From IMG/VR virus record IMGVR_UViG_3300027842_000001, positions 1-39,045 of that record: 39,045 nucleotides of DNA. One strand, 5' to 3'. Made by a program: the position numbers and the translations under genes. Positions within the stretch are counted from its first letter, which is position 1. The number at the start of each line of letters is the position of its first letter. Below, piece by piece: positions 1 through 8,159 of this stretch. The DNA is from a virus. The notes beneath the pieces are model-generated. The model searched no databases. It was not told where the DNA came from and worked only from the letters and a program-made list of their open reading frames with translations.

Positions 1-127
1 GGGGTCACCGCGCAACAAATCCAATGGGGCCTCGACAACGGTTGGGACGTCGTCGCGTATCTCTGGAAGTGGTTTAGCCTCGGCCTCGACGACACGCAGC
101 GCAAACTCGATTTACTCGAGCCGTTCA
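1..127. repeat. Terminal direct overlap, identical to 38919..39045 (circular closure of the contig)
   Basis: Read directly: bases 1-127 recur exactly at 38919-39045; an ORF stays in frame across the join. Confidence 0.95.
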
Positions 128-804
128 CGGGCCGATTGCTGGCGGTGGCCAACGATATCGAGGACACCACCATCGCCCCGCTGCAAGCGCTCGGCATCGG
201 CGCGCCGGTGCAGATGCAGCTCCCGCCCGAGCATCTCGCCCGCCTCGAGCGCCAGCCCCCGCCCGCGGTTGCCAATCACCCGACGGCTACCGCGGCGCTG
301 TCGCTCCAGGGGCGCCTCGATCAGCTCGCGGTGCTCTTCGAGCTGACCGACACGTATCCGACCATCCTCGGCGCCTCGATCGGCGGCAGCATCTACTACG
401 GCGGGCGCTGGTATCACGTGCCGTACCTAGGCGACACGACCATGCTCGCCGACCAGGGCCGCCGCGTGTGGCCAGCGCAGTACGACGGCGTCTACGACGT
501 GTCGGTGGTGACCCTCTTTGGCGGCTTCACGCTCGAGGCGGTGATCGCCAAGCAGCCGCAGGGCACGCTCACCGTCGGCGCGCTCGGCAACGTCGACCCG
601 GATATCTGCGCCGACGATCTCGCGCCACCACCACCAGCGCCGACCGAAGATCCCGGATGGGTGGCCAAAAAAAGCCGCGTGGTACAGCTCGCCGGTGAAT
701 TACTGGCAGTAGCCGACCAGCTCGACGGAAGCGCTGACGACCCGCCAACCGTGCACCAGCTCGCCGACGGCGTGCGCAACCGCGCGGGCGAGATCCTGGG
801 CTGA
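1..804 (+). CDS. Endolysin-like glycoside hydrolase (GH25/DUF1906-like), C-terminal part; same gene as 38793..39045 via the circular junction
   Basis: Frame 1 is open from base 1 to TGA 802-804 and is continuous with ATG 38793 through the overlap. GFDVSNWTG start, NDIEDT and WPAQYDG motifs resemble GH25-type lysozymes. Follows a holin-like gene. Confidence 0.65.
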   Translation, partial: GVTAQQIQWGLDNGWDVVAYLWKWFSLGLDDTQRKLDLLEPFTGRLLAVANDIEDTTIAPLQALGIGAPVQMQLPPEHLARLERQPPPAVANHPTATAALSLQGRLDQLAVLFELTDTYPTILGASIGGSIYYGGRWYHVPYLGDTTMLADQGRRVWPAQYDGVYDVSVVTLFGGFTLEAVIAKQPQGTLTVGALGNVDPDICADDLAPPPPAPTEDPGWVAKKSRVVQLAGELLAVADQLDGSADDPPTVHQLADGVRNRAGEILG

Positions 805-1057
805 ATGCGAGCGGCTGCGTCTACGCGCGACGGGGCCGCGTGTGCGGCCGTCGAGCGCTGTACTTGATCGACGGGCGGGCCGGCTGCGCGCGGCATTGGC
901 GGGCCATGCTGCGCGACCAGGTGCGCCGTTTCGGGCAAGCGCTGGTGACGCTCGCCGCGGGCGTGACTCGCGGGCCGGCTCCCGCGTGACTGACCGGCGC
1001 GGTGCGCGTGATTGGCGCATGTTCTCGCGAGGGCCTGCCGCGCCGTTTATCAGACCG

Positions 1058-1165
1058 ATGGACCTCCAACAGCTCGCACTCGTTTTAGCCGCACTCGGCA
1101 CCGTCATCACCGCAACCGCGCATCTTGTACGCGCCATTCACCGCGACGCGGACGCCGACCCGTAA
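1058..1165 (+). CDS. Small membrane protein (35 aa, one TM helix)
   Basis: ATG 1058, MDLQQLALVLAALGTVITATAHLV hydrophobic core; lies just after the endolysin-like gene. Confidence 0.45.
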   Translation: MDLQQLALVLAALGTVITATAHLVRAIHRDADADP

Positions 1166-1168
1166 CCA

Positions 1169-2017
1169 ATGGAGGACCGAACCCCGATGCAGCCCACACC
1201 CGCCACCAGCCCCCACGTCCACACCTTGCCCGACGGCCGCCAGGTCGCGCTCGGCCGAACGCGCTCGAGCGTGAACCAGGACCGTCGCACGGTGTTGTTT
1301 CGGCTGGCCAACTTCATCGACAAGCCGAACCTGCCACCGCTGCTCGACCACGTCGCGCCGCCCGAGGCCTTTTCCCCGCGCATGTTCGCCAACGATCGGC
1401 TAGGCGATTGCACGATCGCCGGCGAATGCAACGCGGTGCTTCTGGACGCCGCGCGCGCCGGCGTGGCGGCGCCGCCAATCTCGGACGACGACGCGATCGC
1501 GCGTTACAGCAAGGTCGACGGCTATGTGCCAGGCGACCCGTCGACCGACCAGGGGGGTATCGAGCTCGACGTGCTCAACGACTGGCGGCACGATCCGCTC
1601 AGCGGCATTGAGCTCGTGGCGTTTGCAAGCGTGGACGTCCACGACACGGAGCTACTGCGCTATGCGATCCAGCTTTTCGGGGGCGTGTACGACGGGATCG
1701 AGCTGCCCACCACGGCACAGTCACAGGTCGGCGGGTTATGGGACACCGTACCGGGGATGGTGCCGGGCTCGTGGGGCGGCCACTGCACGTACAAATGCGG
1801 CTTCGACTATCGGCTCGCGGTGCCCGAGTACCTCGACGCGACATGGGGCACGCTGCAACGGCTGACGGAGGCGTTCTGGCGGGCGATCGGCGACGAGGCC
1901 TACGTGCTGCTCACCGACGAGGCGCTCAAAGCGCCCGGCATCGACCGCGACAAAGTACTCGCGACACTGGCGCAGCTCGGCCAGGTCCAGAGTGGCGGAG
2001 CCACCGCGCCAACCTGA
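1169..2017 (+). CDS. Putative papain-like cysteine peptidase
   Basis: 282-aa ORF in the track with protein-like composition. NDRLGDCTIAG (candidate catalytic Cys) and SWGGHC (candidate His). Alternative start ATG 1187 has GGAGGA upstream. Confidence 0.6.
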   Translation: MEDRTPMQPTPATSPHVHTLPDGRQVALGRTRSSVNQDRRTVLFRLANFIDKPNLPPLLDHVAPPEAFSPRMFANDRLGDCTIAGECNAVLLDAARAGVAAPPISDDDAIARYSKVDGYVPGDPSTDQGGIELDVLNDWRHDPLSGIELVAFASVDVHDTELLRYAIQLFGGVYDGIELPTTAQSQVGGLWDTVPGMVPGSWGGHCTYKCGFDYRLAVPEYLDATWGTLQRLTEAFWRAIGDEAYVLLTDEALKAPGIDRDKVLATLAQLGQVQSGGATAPT

Positions 2018-2309
2018 GCTTGAGCTCGAGCTCGAGGCGCTCGTTCAGCACGCCGTCGCCCGCGTGCAGGCGATTGTCCGCGAGGCAGTCGAGGCCGCCG
2101 TGCGCGAGGCGGTCGGTCGCGCGGTCCACGACGAACGCAAACGCTGGACGCCGAAGATCCTCGACGCCACGCACGAACGGCAGCGCGTCGAGCTCGAGCT
2201 CGAGGCCGATCGCGAGCGCGCCGCGGGATACATCGCCCGCTTGTGGTCACTCATAGCCGCGCTGCTCGCCGAGCTGGCGGGCCGCTCCGATCCACCGGCG
2301 GCCGTCTAG
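1992..2309 (+). CDS. Hypothetical coiled-coil protein
   Basis: GTG start overlapping the end of the previous gene; ELELE/heptad-like charged sequence. Confidence 0.4.
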   Translation: MAEPPRQPELELELEALVQHAVARVQAIVREAVEAAVREAVGRAVHDERKRWTPKILDATHERQRVELELEADRERAAGYIARLWSLIAALLAELAGRSDPPAAV

Positions 2310-2451
2310 CGCAGCATGCCGACGGCTGCACGCGGCGCCTACGCTCAGCTCGCGATGCGCTGGTGCGCGATTTTCTGGCACGTGCTCTTTCACACGTCGG
2401 AGCGCGGCCACCGCTGCCGCGCCATGACGGGCGGGCACTGACCTGGCCGGC

Positions 2452-2673
2452 GTGTACGACGAACTTTTCCGCGATTCGCCGCCGACGCCGCGCGAGGAAA
2501 GGCTGCTCGATGCGCTGTCGCGGGCACACCTCGAGCTGGCGTATCTGCTCGACTTCCGCAGTGACGTGACGCGCTCGCTCGGCGAGCTCGAAGCACGGCG
2601 GGCCGCGATGATGCCCCGTCGGCGCACGCACAGCGCCGCCAGGCGGCCTCGAGGCCGACGTCCGGCTGGTTAG
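2452..2673 (+). CDS. Hypothetical small protein
   Basis: GTG start; N-terminal 50 aa look protein-like, the tail is Arg-rich. Confidence 0.35.
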   Translation: MYDELFRDSPPTPREERLLDALSRAHLELAYLLDFRSDVTRSLGELEARRAAMMPRRRTHSAARRPRGRRPAG

Positions 2674-2723
2674 GTGTCCGGGCGCCTGCCCCGTAAAAAC
2701 GCGCTGTGCGTGCGATTTCGGGC

Positions 2724-3044
2724 CTATTCGAGCCGAGCGCTGGCCAGCGCGCCGCGGAGGCGATCGACCGCGGCGCGGGCGCGGGTGAGCTCTTCGACGG
2801 CCGACTCGAGGATTTTCTCGATAGCTTCGGCTTTGGTGGCGCTCAGGCCGGACGTCACGTAGTCGCCGCTGCCCGACATGACGATGCGCCCGGAGTCGAC
2901 GTCGACCCATACGAACGGGCCGCCGCCGCCACCGAACGCCACGACCTCGTACACCGCGCCGTCGTAGGCCTGCGCGTACCAGCCCCGCGCGACGGGCCGC
3001 GGGCCGTTGGGCAGCTCGAGATCCAGCTCGACGCGGCTGGTCAT
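2724..3044 (-). CDS. Hypothetical protein (106 aa)
   Basis: ATG 3044 overlaps the upstream stop (ATGA). Protein-like sequence MTSRVELDLELPNG...; the 338-aa track ORF upstream of this start is Arg/Ala junk. Confidence 0.65.
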   Translation of the reverse strand: MTSRVELDLELPNGPRPVARGWYAQAYDGAVYEVVAFGGGGGPFVWVDVDSGRIVMSGSGDYVTSGLSATKAEAIEKILESAVEELTRARAAVDRLRGALASARLE

Positions 3045-3262
3045 ATGCGATCGACCTGGTAGCCGTCGACGTCGCGCCAGGTCGCGAATTGCTGCTCGAG
3101 GCCGGCGCGGTCCCCTTCGAAGTCGTCGATTTTTCCCTCGAGGCCACCCTGCCAGCGAATCGTGCCGCGGCGCGCCTCCGGGTCGAAGTCGACGTATGCC
3201 ACCCAACGCAAGTCGGGCGCGCCGAGCTCGGCCGCGCGCACCAGGTAATGCTCTATTGCCAC
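3041..3262 (-). CDS. Hypothetical protein (73 aa)
   Basis: Track ORF, balanced composition, stop overlaps the next start. Confidence 0.7.
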   Translation of the reverse strand: MAIEHYLVRAAELGAPDLRWVAYVDFDPEARRGTIRWQGGLEGKIDDFEGDRAGLEQQFATWRDVDGYQVDRI

Positions 3263-3265
3263 GGG

Positions 3266-3541
3266 TCAGCGGCCCCCCTCTTCCCCGGGGCGCACTTGGC
3301 CAGCGGCGGCGTGCTGTATGCCGTGGCGCGCCAGGTTGAGGATTGTTTCGGGATTGTCCGACGGCGTGAAGTCGGGCGGTACGGCGAGCGCCAGGTCGCA
3401 AAAGAGACACTCCGCGAGCAGCTCGTCGCCAAGCTGGCGCACGTCCAGAAAAAGCGAAAACTGACGCAGCCACGGCGGTAATTTCGCCTCGTCTAGCGGT
3501 GGCCCCGGCGGTCGGTCGACGACGTCGCGCCCGTCGCTCAT
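3266..3541 (-). CDS. Hypothetical protein (91 aa)
   Basis: Track ORF, balanced composition, part of the coupled chain. Confidence 0.65.
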   Translation of the reverse strand: MSDGRDVVDRPPGPPLDEAKLPPWLRQFSLFLDVRQLGDELLAECLFCDLALAVPPDFTPSDNPETILNLARHGIQHAAAGQVRPGEEGGR

Positions 3542-3798
3542 TTGGACATCGCCCCGACGGGCCGCGGCTGCGCGCTGGTGAGCACGGCCGACCAGTACTC
3601 GTAGGGCTCGAGGACCACGAAAAACGGCGCCGGGTGGCGGTCGCGCATGTGGAAAATCGAGCGACCTTTGCCGTCGTCGCTGGCGGTGATGATGGCCACC
3701 GCGTCGAGATTGAACAGGCGTTTAGCCGAGCGCAGCCCATCCGGGTCGCGCGGGTCGCTCTGAGCGTCGCGGTAGAGCACGGTCGCCTCGACCATCAT
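3538..3798 (-). CDS. Hypothetical protein (86 aa)
   Basis: ATG 3798 sits in junction repeat copy 1; ATGA overlaps at both ends. Confidence 0.7.
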   Translation of the reverse strand: MMVEATVLYRDAQSDPRDPDGLRSAKRLFNLDAVAIITASDDGKGRSIFHMRDRHPAPFFVVLEPYEYWSAVLTSAQPRPVGAMSK

Positions 3799-3813
3799 TG
3801 GGACACCGCCCCG
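3795..3813 (-). repeat. Gene-junction repeat, copy 1 (minus strand CGGGGCGGTGTCCCAATGA)
   Basis: Encodes GAVSQ-stop of the upstream gene and the ATG of the downstream gene. Confidence 0.9.
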
Positions 3814-4055
3814 GGCTTTGGCACGCCGTAGTCGACGTCGGGATTAGCGGGGCCAAACTCGAGGTACACCGGCTCGGCCGTCGAGCCCCAAAACTCGGCA
3901 TTACACGTGTTGCACAGCAGCGCGGGGACCTTCAGCTCGGGCGAGCTCAGCCAGAAAAACGGCCGCGTCGTGCCGTGGCAACGCTGGCACGTCTCGCCCG
4001 CCGTTTCGTCCATTGAGGCCGGCCAGGCGGCGACCTCGGACATACGCTCGCTCAT
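3795..4055 (-). CDS. Zinc-ribbon protein (86 aa)
   Basis: ATG 4055 lies inside junction repeat copy 2. Has CQRCHG...CNTCN. C-terminus GAVSQ-stop is encoded by junction repeat copy 1. Confidence 0.7.
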   Translation of the reverse strand: MSERMSEVAAWPASMDETAGETCQRCHGTTRPFFWLSSPELKVPALLCNTCNAEFWGSTAEPVYLEFGPANPDVDYGVPKPGAVSQ

Positions 4056-4070
4056 TGGGACACCGCCCCG
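4052..4070 (-). repeat. Gene-junction repeat, copy 2
   Basis: Identical 19-mer; supplies ATG 4055. Confidence 0.9.
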
Positions 4071-4107
4071 GACGTGCGGGCGAGCTCTGCACGTGCCCAA
4101 ACGACGA

Positions 4108-4428
4108 CTACCACGATCGCCAACGTCGCCTGCTCGTGTGGTTGGAAGTGCTCACGCCACTATAGGGACGCCACGGCTGCGCGCGGCTCATTGGGACACC
4201 GCCCCGAGCTCGCCAAGGCGCGGCGGCATGGTCGGTGGTTCGACCTGGTGGCTCATTGGGACACCGCCCGTCCGCTACCGCGACATGGCGACGCAGGTCC
4301 TCGGCGCAGTCGGTCGGCACGGCCTCGAGGCGGCGATCGCTGCGGAGCCAGCCGTCGACCAGCTCGGTGGCGGCGCGGTGCTGTTCAAGCAGCGTAAGTC
4401 TGACGGTCGGTGGTTCGACCTGGTGCAT
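4108..4428 (-). CDS. Hypothetical protein, possibly a frameshift fusion of a short gene with degenerate duplicates
   Basis: ATG 4428 overlaps the upstream TAA (TAATG). The ORF reads through junction repeat copies 4 and 3 in two other frames; see findings. Confidence 0.4.
   Translation of the reverse strand: MHQVEPPTVRLTLLEQHRAATELVDGWLRSDRRLEAVPTDCAEDLRRHVAVADGRCPNEPPGRTTDHAAAPWRARGGVPMSRAQPWRPYSGVSTSNHTSRRRWRSW
4188..4206 (-). repeat. Gene-junction repeat, copy 3
   Basis: Identical 19-mer; supplies ATG 4191 of a 27-codon mini-ORF and the stop of a 22-codon mini-ORF. Confidence 0.9.
4253..4270 (-). repeat. Gene-junction repeat, copy 4 (one C/G shorter)
   Basis: 18-mer with G3 instead of G4; supplies ATG 4256. 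Confidence 0.85.
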
Positions 4429-4853
4429 TACTCGGGTACTCCTTCCATGAGCGACGCGGCGAGCGCGTCGGGAATCAACTCATCGGCCCACCAGCGATAG
4501 CAACCGTTGAGAGTTGGGCGCTCGAGGCCAATTAGGGCCAGTTCAGCCGCGGCGACAAACTCGTGGCGCGGTCGACGGACGCGAGCCGCGCGCCTCAGAA
4601 CCTCGGCCGGTGTCCAAAACTCAGCGAGCCAGCTATCCGACTCACTGCCGGCGGCCCCGATTGTCTCGGCGGCGGGCCCGGGGTTGCTCCATGCGGCGCC
4701 GATCGCGTGCGAGCGGACGCGCGTCCACGGGTTCGCGGATCGGCCAACGTAGAGAGCTCGCCCGCGGCCGTCGCGAATCACATACACGCGATGGTCGGCG
4801 GGGATCTCCCCGCGGACCGTGGCGCGGATCTCAGCCAGCGTGTAGCGCTTCAC
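4428..4853 (-). CDS. GIY-YIG domain protein (putative nuclease)
   Basis: GTG 4853 overlaps the recombinase stop (GTGA). VYVIRDGRGRALYVGRSANPWTRVRSH fits GIY-(10-11 aa)-YxG...R...H. Confidence 0.6.
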   Translation of the reverse strand: MKRYTLAEIRATVRGEIPADHRVYVIRDGRGRALYVGRSANPWTRVRSHAIGAAWSNPGPAAETIGAAGSESDSWLAEFWTPAEVLRRAARVRRPRHEFVAAAELALIGLERPTLNGCYRWWADELIPDALAASLMEGVPE

Positions 4854-5512
4854 CACACCACGCCGTCGGCCGTCGCGCGCCGCTCGGGGTTGGCGAGGCG
4901 TAGGTAGATCGCCGTCGTATCGAGGCGCGCGTGGCCGAGCTGCTGCTGCACTTCGGACACCGGCACGCCTTGGCGTATCTGATTGACGGCGGCGCCGTGG
5001 CGGAAGTCACGCGCCGTAACCGGCTGCATGCGGCCGAGCACGTCGACCAGCCACACACCCGCGCGGCTCGAGGCGGCGTTGATGATTCGCCACGCTTGCG
5101 CGCGATGCATCGGGCGGGCGCGCCGGTGGGACTGGCGAGAGCGGAAGTAGTAGCCGTCCCACGGCACCCGCGCATCGACGGCCAGCGCGCGCAACTGCGC
5201 CACCAGGTCGCGTGAGACATAGACCGCCTTACGGGCCGTCGCGCGGCGTTGCTTGAGGTTCGGCAGTCGGAGTGCCCCCTCGTCCTCGTCGACGTCGCAC
5301 GGCCGCAGCCGCAGCACTTCACTGAGGCGCCCGCCCGACTGCCAGAGGGTTTCGAGCAACAGACGGTGAGTCGTCGTCTGCGCGGCGTTCACGATCTTGC
5401 GCGCCTGGTCGCGGGTGACGTACCGCGGCAGCGCGTCGCCGGCAGCCCGTGCGGCGATCGCCGCGGCGGGGCGGCGGGCGATCGCCGTTACGTTTTCCAT
5501 GTAGCGTTGCAC
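4850..5512 (-). CDS. int: Small tyrosine recombinase (XerC/D- or Cre-like catalytic domain only)
   Basis: ETLWQSGGRLSEVLRLR (Arg I), RDFRHGAAV (HxxR), LGHARLDTTAIYLRL (His/Tyr) in canonical order. Only about 220 aa; alternative start ATG 5500. Confidence 0.85.
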   Translation of the reverse strand: MQRYMENVTAIARRPAAAIAARAAGDALPRYVTRDQARKIVNAAQTTTHRLLLETLWQSGGRLSEVLRLRPCDVDEDEGALRLPNLKQRRATARKAVYVSRDLVAQLRALAVDARVPWDGYYFRSRQSHRRARPMHRAQAWRIINAASSRAGVWLVDVLGRMQPVTARDFRHGAAVNQIRQGVPVSEVQQQLGHARLDTTAIYLRLANPERRATADGVVW

Positions 5513-5608
5513 TCTACCCGTGCTCGCCGTCGGCGTCTACGAGCGGCGCCGGCGCTCAGCGGCGCGGCGGGCGCATCCGAATGCGGGGACGGTTTCTCAC
5601 AGTTACGC

Positions 5609-5806
5609 TCAGTCGGACGGCCAGCGTTCGCCGCGCCATTTGCGCTCGGCCTCGGCCTCGATGCGGTCCCGAAGAAACGCGCTCATCGGGTGCCGACGGC
5701 GCCACCACCAGCGCGCCAGCCAGCGAGCATTCATCACCAAGCCACCGCTCAACACGTAGACGAACAACCCGCCACCGACGAACGCGACCACCAGGTCGAG
5801 GCTCAC
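5609..5806 (-). CDS. Small membrane protein (65 aa)
   Basis: GTG 5806 overlaps the upstream stop (GTGA); LDLVVAFVGGGLFVYVLSGGLV TM segment. Confidence 0.5.
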   Translation of the reverse strand: MSLDLVVAFVGGGLFVYVLSGGLVMNARWLARWWWRRRHPMSAFLRDRIEAEAERKWRGERWPSD

Positions 5807-6015
5807 GGGCCTGTCTCGGCCTCGAGCCGCTCCGCGATCGCCCGCGCCTGAGCAGCTCGCGCCCGCGCATTCGGCGCGATTGATGCCGCGGCCGTCCACC
5901 ACGCCGCGCCGTCAAAGATGCGCGCGGCCTCGGCAGCCTGCGCCTCTTCCCATTCGGCAGCGCGGCGCCATTCGGCCGCGACACGCTGGCGCTGCGCTCG
6001 GGTCAGACTGCTCAC
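5803..6015 (-). CDS. Hypothetical protein (70 aa)
   Basis: GTG 6015 overlaps the upstream TGA; Trp/Ala-rich helical sequence. Confidence 0.5.
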   Translation of the reverse strand: MSSLTRAQRQRVAAEWRRAAEWEEAQAAEAARIFDGAAWWTAAASIAPNARARAAQARAIAERLEAETGP

Positions 6016-6173
6016 GGGCCCGGCGCATCCTCCGCGGGGACCTCGCGGCGCGATCCCTCGCACACCGCCCCACCGTCGCCGTGGCGCACAAAGACCTCGA
6101 CCGATCCATCCCCACCGCCGGGCACCACCGTGCGCACCCGACGCCCGCACCAGGGGCACACGCGGCTAGGCAT
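6012..6173 (-). CDS. Zinc-ribbon mini-protein (53 aa, below the track cutoff)
   Basis: Hand translation: MPSRVCPWCGRRVRTVVPGGGDGSVEVFVRHGDGGAVCEG... ATG 6173 overlaps the upstream TAG; its TGA overlaps the next GTG. Confidence 0.55.
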   Translation of the reverse strand: MPSRVCPWCGRRVRTVVPGGGDGSVEVFVRHGDGGAVCEGSRREVPAEDAPGP

Positions 6174-6381
6174 TCGCGGGCCTGTCTCGCCAGGGTTCCG
6201 CGGTGCGCCGCGCGCAGTCGATCGCGCGGGCCTGCGTGTAGTGCGCGTGGCGCTGCTTGCTCGGCCGGCACAGGCCGTAGCTCACGCCGGGGACGTCCGA
6301 GCCGACGTAGCCGCGCCAGCGGTGGCCACCGCGGTAATACGCCCGAAACACCACCGGCCGCCCGTCACCATGGCGCCTCAC
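6166..6381 (-). CDS. Hypothetical protein (71 aa)
   Basis: Track ORF, coupled at both ends. Confidence 0.6.
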   Translation of the reverse strand: MRRHGDGRPVVFRAYYRGGHRWRGYVGSDVPGVSYGLCRPSKQRHAHYTQARAIDCARRTAEPWRDRPANA

Positions 6382-6581
6382 GGTCGACTCCGTCGGCGTC
6401 GCTCGTGCGCCTCGAGCTGCTCCGCCTCGCGTGGGCGCAGCCGTCGGGCACGGTGCAGCGCCGCGCTGTGCTCACAGCCGCCCGGGCTACAGCAGTCGCA
6501 CCACAGATAGCCGCCCGCGCAGCACGTCCACCAGGTCGACCAGCACAGCGGGCAGCGGTGGCGGTGGCTCTCGACGTTCAC
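6378..6581 (-). CDS. Cys-rich mini-protein (67 aa)
   Basis: GTGA overlap at the start; CPLCWSTWWTCCAGGYLWCDCCSPGGC. Confidence 0.55.
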   Translation of the reverse strand: MNVESHRHRCPLCWSTWWTCCAGGYLWCDCCSPGGCEHSAALHRARRLRPREAEQLEAHERRRRSRP

Positions 6582-6916
6582 GACGCCTCGGGCGGCGCGA
6601 CCTGGCGCCAGTCACGAAACGCGCGGTACGCCAGCTCGCGCCGCTCGGCGTCGGTCACTTCGGCGAGCTCGCCCGCGGCGAACCAATCGGGATACGGCAC
6701 GCGCGGATCCGGGGTCACCACGAAGTACGGATGATCGTCGCTCGGCACTTCGGTGTTGCGCGCCTGCACCACGCCGTAGACGCCGTGCCAGATGCGCAGA
6801 TGCCGCGTACAGGGTTGGCGCAGCGTCACGCGCACCAGGTCGCCCGCATACGGCGCCTCGCCCGAACGGTCGAGCAACTGGCGCACCGCGCGCACCAGGT
6901 CCTCGCGGCGGCTCAC
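6578..6916 (-). CDS. Hypothetical protein (112 aa)
   Basis: GTG 6916 overlaps the upstream TGA; protein-like from VSRREDLVRAV... Confidence 0.65.
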   Translation of the reverse strand: MSRREDLVRAVRQLLDRSGEAPYAGDLVRVTLRQPCTRHLRIWHGVYGVVQARNTEVPSDDHPYFVVTPDPRVPYPDWFAAGELAEVTDAERRELAYRAFRDWRQVAPPEAS

Positions 6917-7134
6917 CGTCGCGCCCCGCGGGTGCAGACAATCACGTCCGCGGTGGCCACCAGGTCGGCTACAGGCCGCGCCAGCAGCTCGAGCGCCGAT
7001 CGGGCCGGCCGCGCCACCGGACAGGCGCAAAACCGCGCGCCGTCCCACGCGATACAGAAGCGATCGGCAAACGGCCCGCCCCCATGCAGCAGCCAGCGAT
7101 CGCCGCACCGCGGACAGCGCTCGGCCTCGCTCAA
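6913..7134 (-). CDS. Zinc-ribbon mini-protein (73 aa)
   Basis: TTG 7134 overlaps the upstream TGA (TTGA); CPRCG...CIAW...CAC. Confidence 0.55.
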   Translation of the reverse strand: MSEAERCPRCGDRWLLHGGGPFADRFCIAWDGARFCACPVARPARSALELLARPVADLVATADVIVCTRGARR

Positions 7135-7523
7135 TTCGGACTCCGCGCGTAGCGCAGCTCGGGCCGCGTCGGGTTGCGTGTGAACGCGGCCTGCATGCAC
7201 GGCTCGCACACCGGCCAGGCGGCGCCGCTTCGGGGAAACACCATCAGCCCGTCGCGCGTCTCGGCGCCGCAGAAGTGGCACGCCGCGGGCGCCAGGTCCT
7301 CGAGCTGCTCGTCGTCGTCGTCGACGTCGTCGAGCTCGTCGAGCGCTTCGAAATAGACCTCGGGCGGCGAAAGCCGATCGACGACGTGGCGGTAGAGCTC
7401 GGCCTGCCGCGGGGACACGCGGCGCATGCCCGGCGGGTTGCCCGGCGAACCCCACCACCACACGGCCGACTTGCGCAGCCGCCCGCCATGCACCCGCCAG
7501 CGCACCATCGGTAACCGCTTCAC
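7131..7523 (-). CDS. Hypothetical protein with acidic tract and CxxC pairs (130 aa)
   Basis: GTG 7523 overlaps the upstream TGA; DELDDVDDDDEQLED, CHFCG...CEPC. Confidence 0.65.
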   Translation of the reverse strand: MKRLPMVRWRVHGGRLRKSAVWWWGSPGNPPGMRRVSPRQAELYRHVVDRLSPPEVYFEALDELDDVDDDDEQLEDLAPAACHFCGAETRDGLMVFPRSGAAWPVCEPCMQAAFTRNPTRPELRYARSPN

Positions 7524-7732
7524 GCCGCCGAGGCCTTCCATCGGCGCAGTTTGTCGACGATGTGTTGGCGATCGCGGCGCAGCCGCGGCGGGAGCTCGGC
7601 GCGTGGCGACCAGCACAGGCGCCGCAACGCGAAGAGCGCATCGAGCACCGCCTCGCGCTCGGCGCCGCGGTGTTGGCGGTCGAGCTGGTGCAGCGTGCGC
7701 GCGATCGCCTGCACCGTTTCGCGCTCCAGCAT
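7520..7732 (-). CDS. Hypothetical protein (70 aa)
   Basis: Track ORF; ATG directly follows the upstream TGA. Confidence 0.6.
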   Translation of the reverse strand: MLERETVQAIARTLHQLDRQHRGAEREAVLDALFALRRLCWSPRAELPPRLRRDRQHIVDKLRRWKASAA

Positions 7733-7981
7733 TCAGCGCACCGCCTCGCGTTTTTCGGCGCCGTGGCGCCGCGGGTCGCGCTCGAGGCACGTCGGGCACA
7801 TATGCAGCCCGGCGGGTGGCTGCGTGGTCCATTGCGACCAGCCCCATACCTCGGAGGCGGGCAGCAGCCCGCACACCGACGGCGCCCGCTGTGAGATCGC
7901 CACGTGCCACGGCTGGCCGTCGCCCGTGCGGCGCACGTAGCCGCTAGAAGGCGTATACGGGCGGTGGCTCAGGTTCGACAT
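7733..7981 (-). CDS. Hypothetical protein with CPTC motif (about 82 aa)
   Basis: ATG 7981 would overlap the upstream gene by 38 nt; alternative GTG about 7937 lies just after the upstream stop. Confidence 0.5.
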   Translation of the reverse strand: MSNLSHRPYTPSSGYVRRTGDGQPWHVAISQRAPSVCGLLPASEVWGWSQWTTQPPAGLHMCPTCLERDPRRHGAEKREAVR

Positions 7982-8156
7982 GCCGCTGCCGGCGCTCCAT
8001 CTCTTGCTTGAGGCGCACCGTCGCGCGTTGGCGCCAGGCGCTCGGACAGTCGCGGCCCCAAACCTGGTAGATGCGTCCATCGGCCGGGTCGCGGATCTCC
8101 AGCCAGCCGCGCTCGCCGCGCGCCCATCGAATGTCGAGCCCCCACTCCCCGGCCAC
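7944..8156 (-). CDS. Hypothetical protein (70 aa)
   Basis: Track ORF, GTG start, balanced composition. Confidence 0.6.
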   Translation of the reverse strand: MAGEWGLDIRWARGERGWLEIRDPADGRIYQVWGRDCPSAWRQRATVRLKQEMERRQRHVEPEPPPVYAF

Positions 8157-8159
8157 CCA

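Noticed and set aside
1-127. 127-bp terminal repeat as a biological direct terminal repeat or cos-type end
   Set aside because: The length matches a common maximum assembler k-mer, and a gene reads seamlessly through it. The simplest reading is circular-path overlap. Physical ends cannot be inferred from sequence alone.
2316-2441. 41-codon ORF (MPTAARGAYAQLAMRWCAIFWHV...) faintly resembling a GAYxxL...W motif of phage replication-associated domains
   Set aside because: It is too short and the resemblance too weak to support, and it shows no coupling to neighbours.
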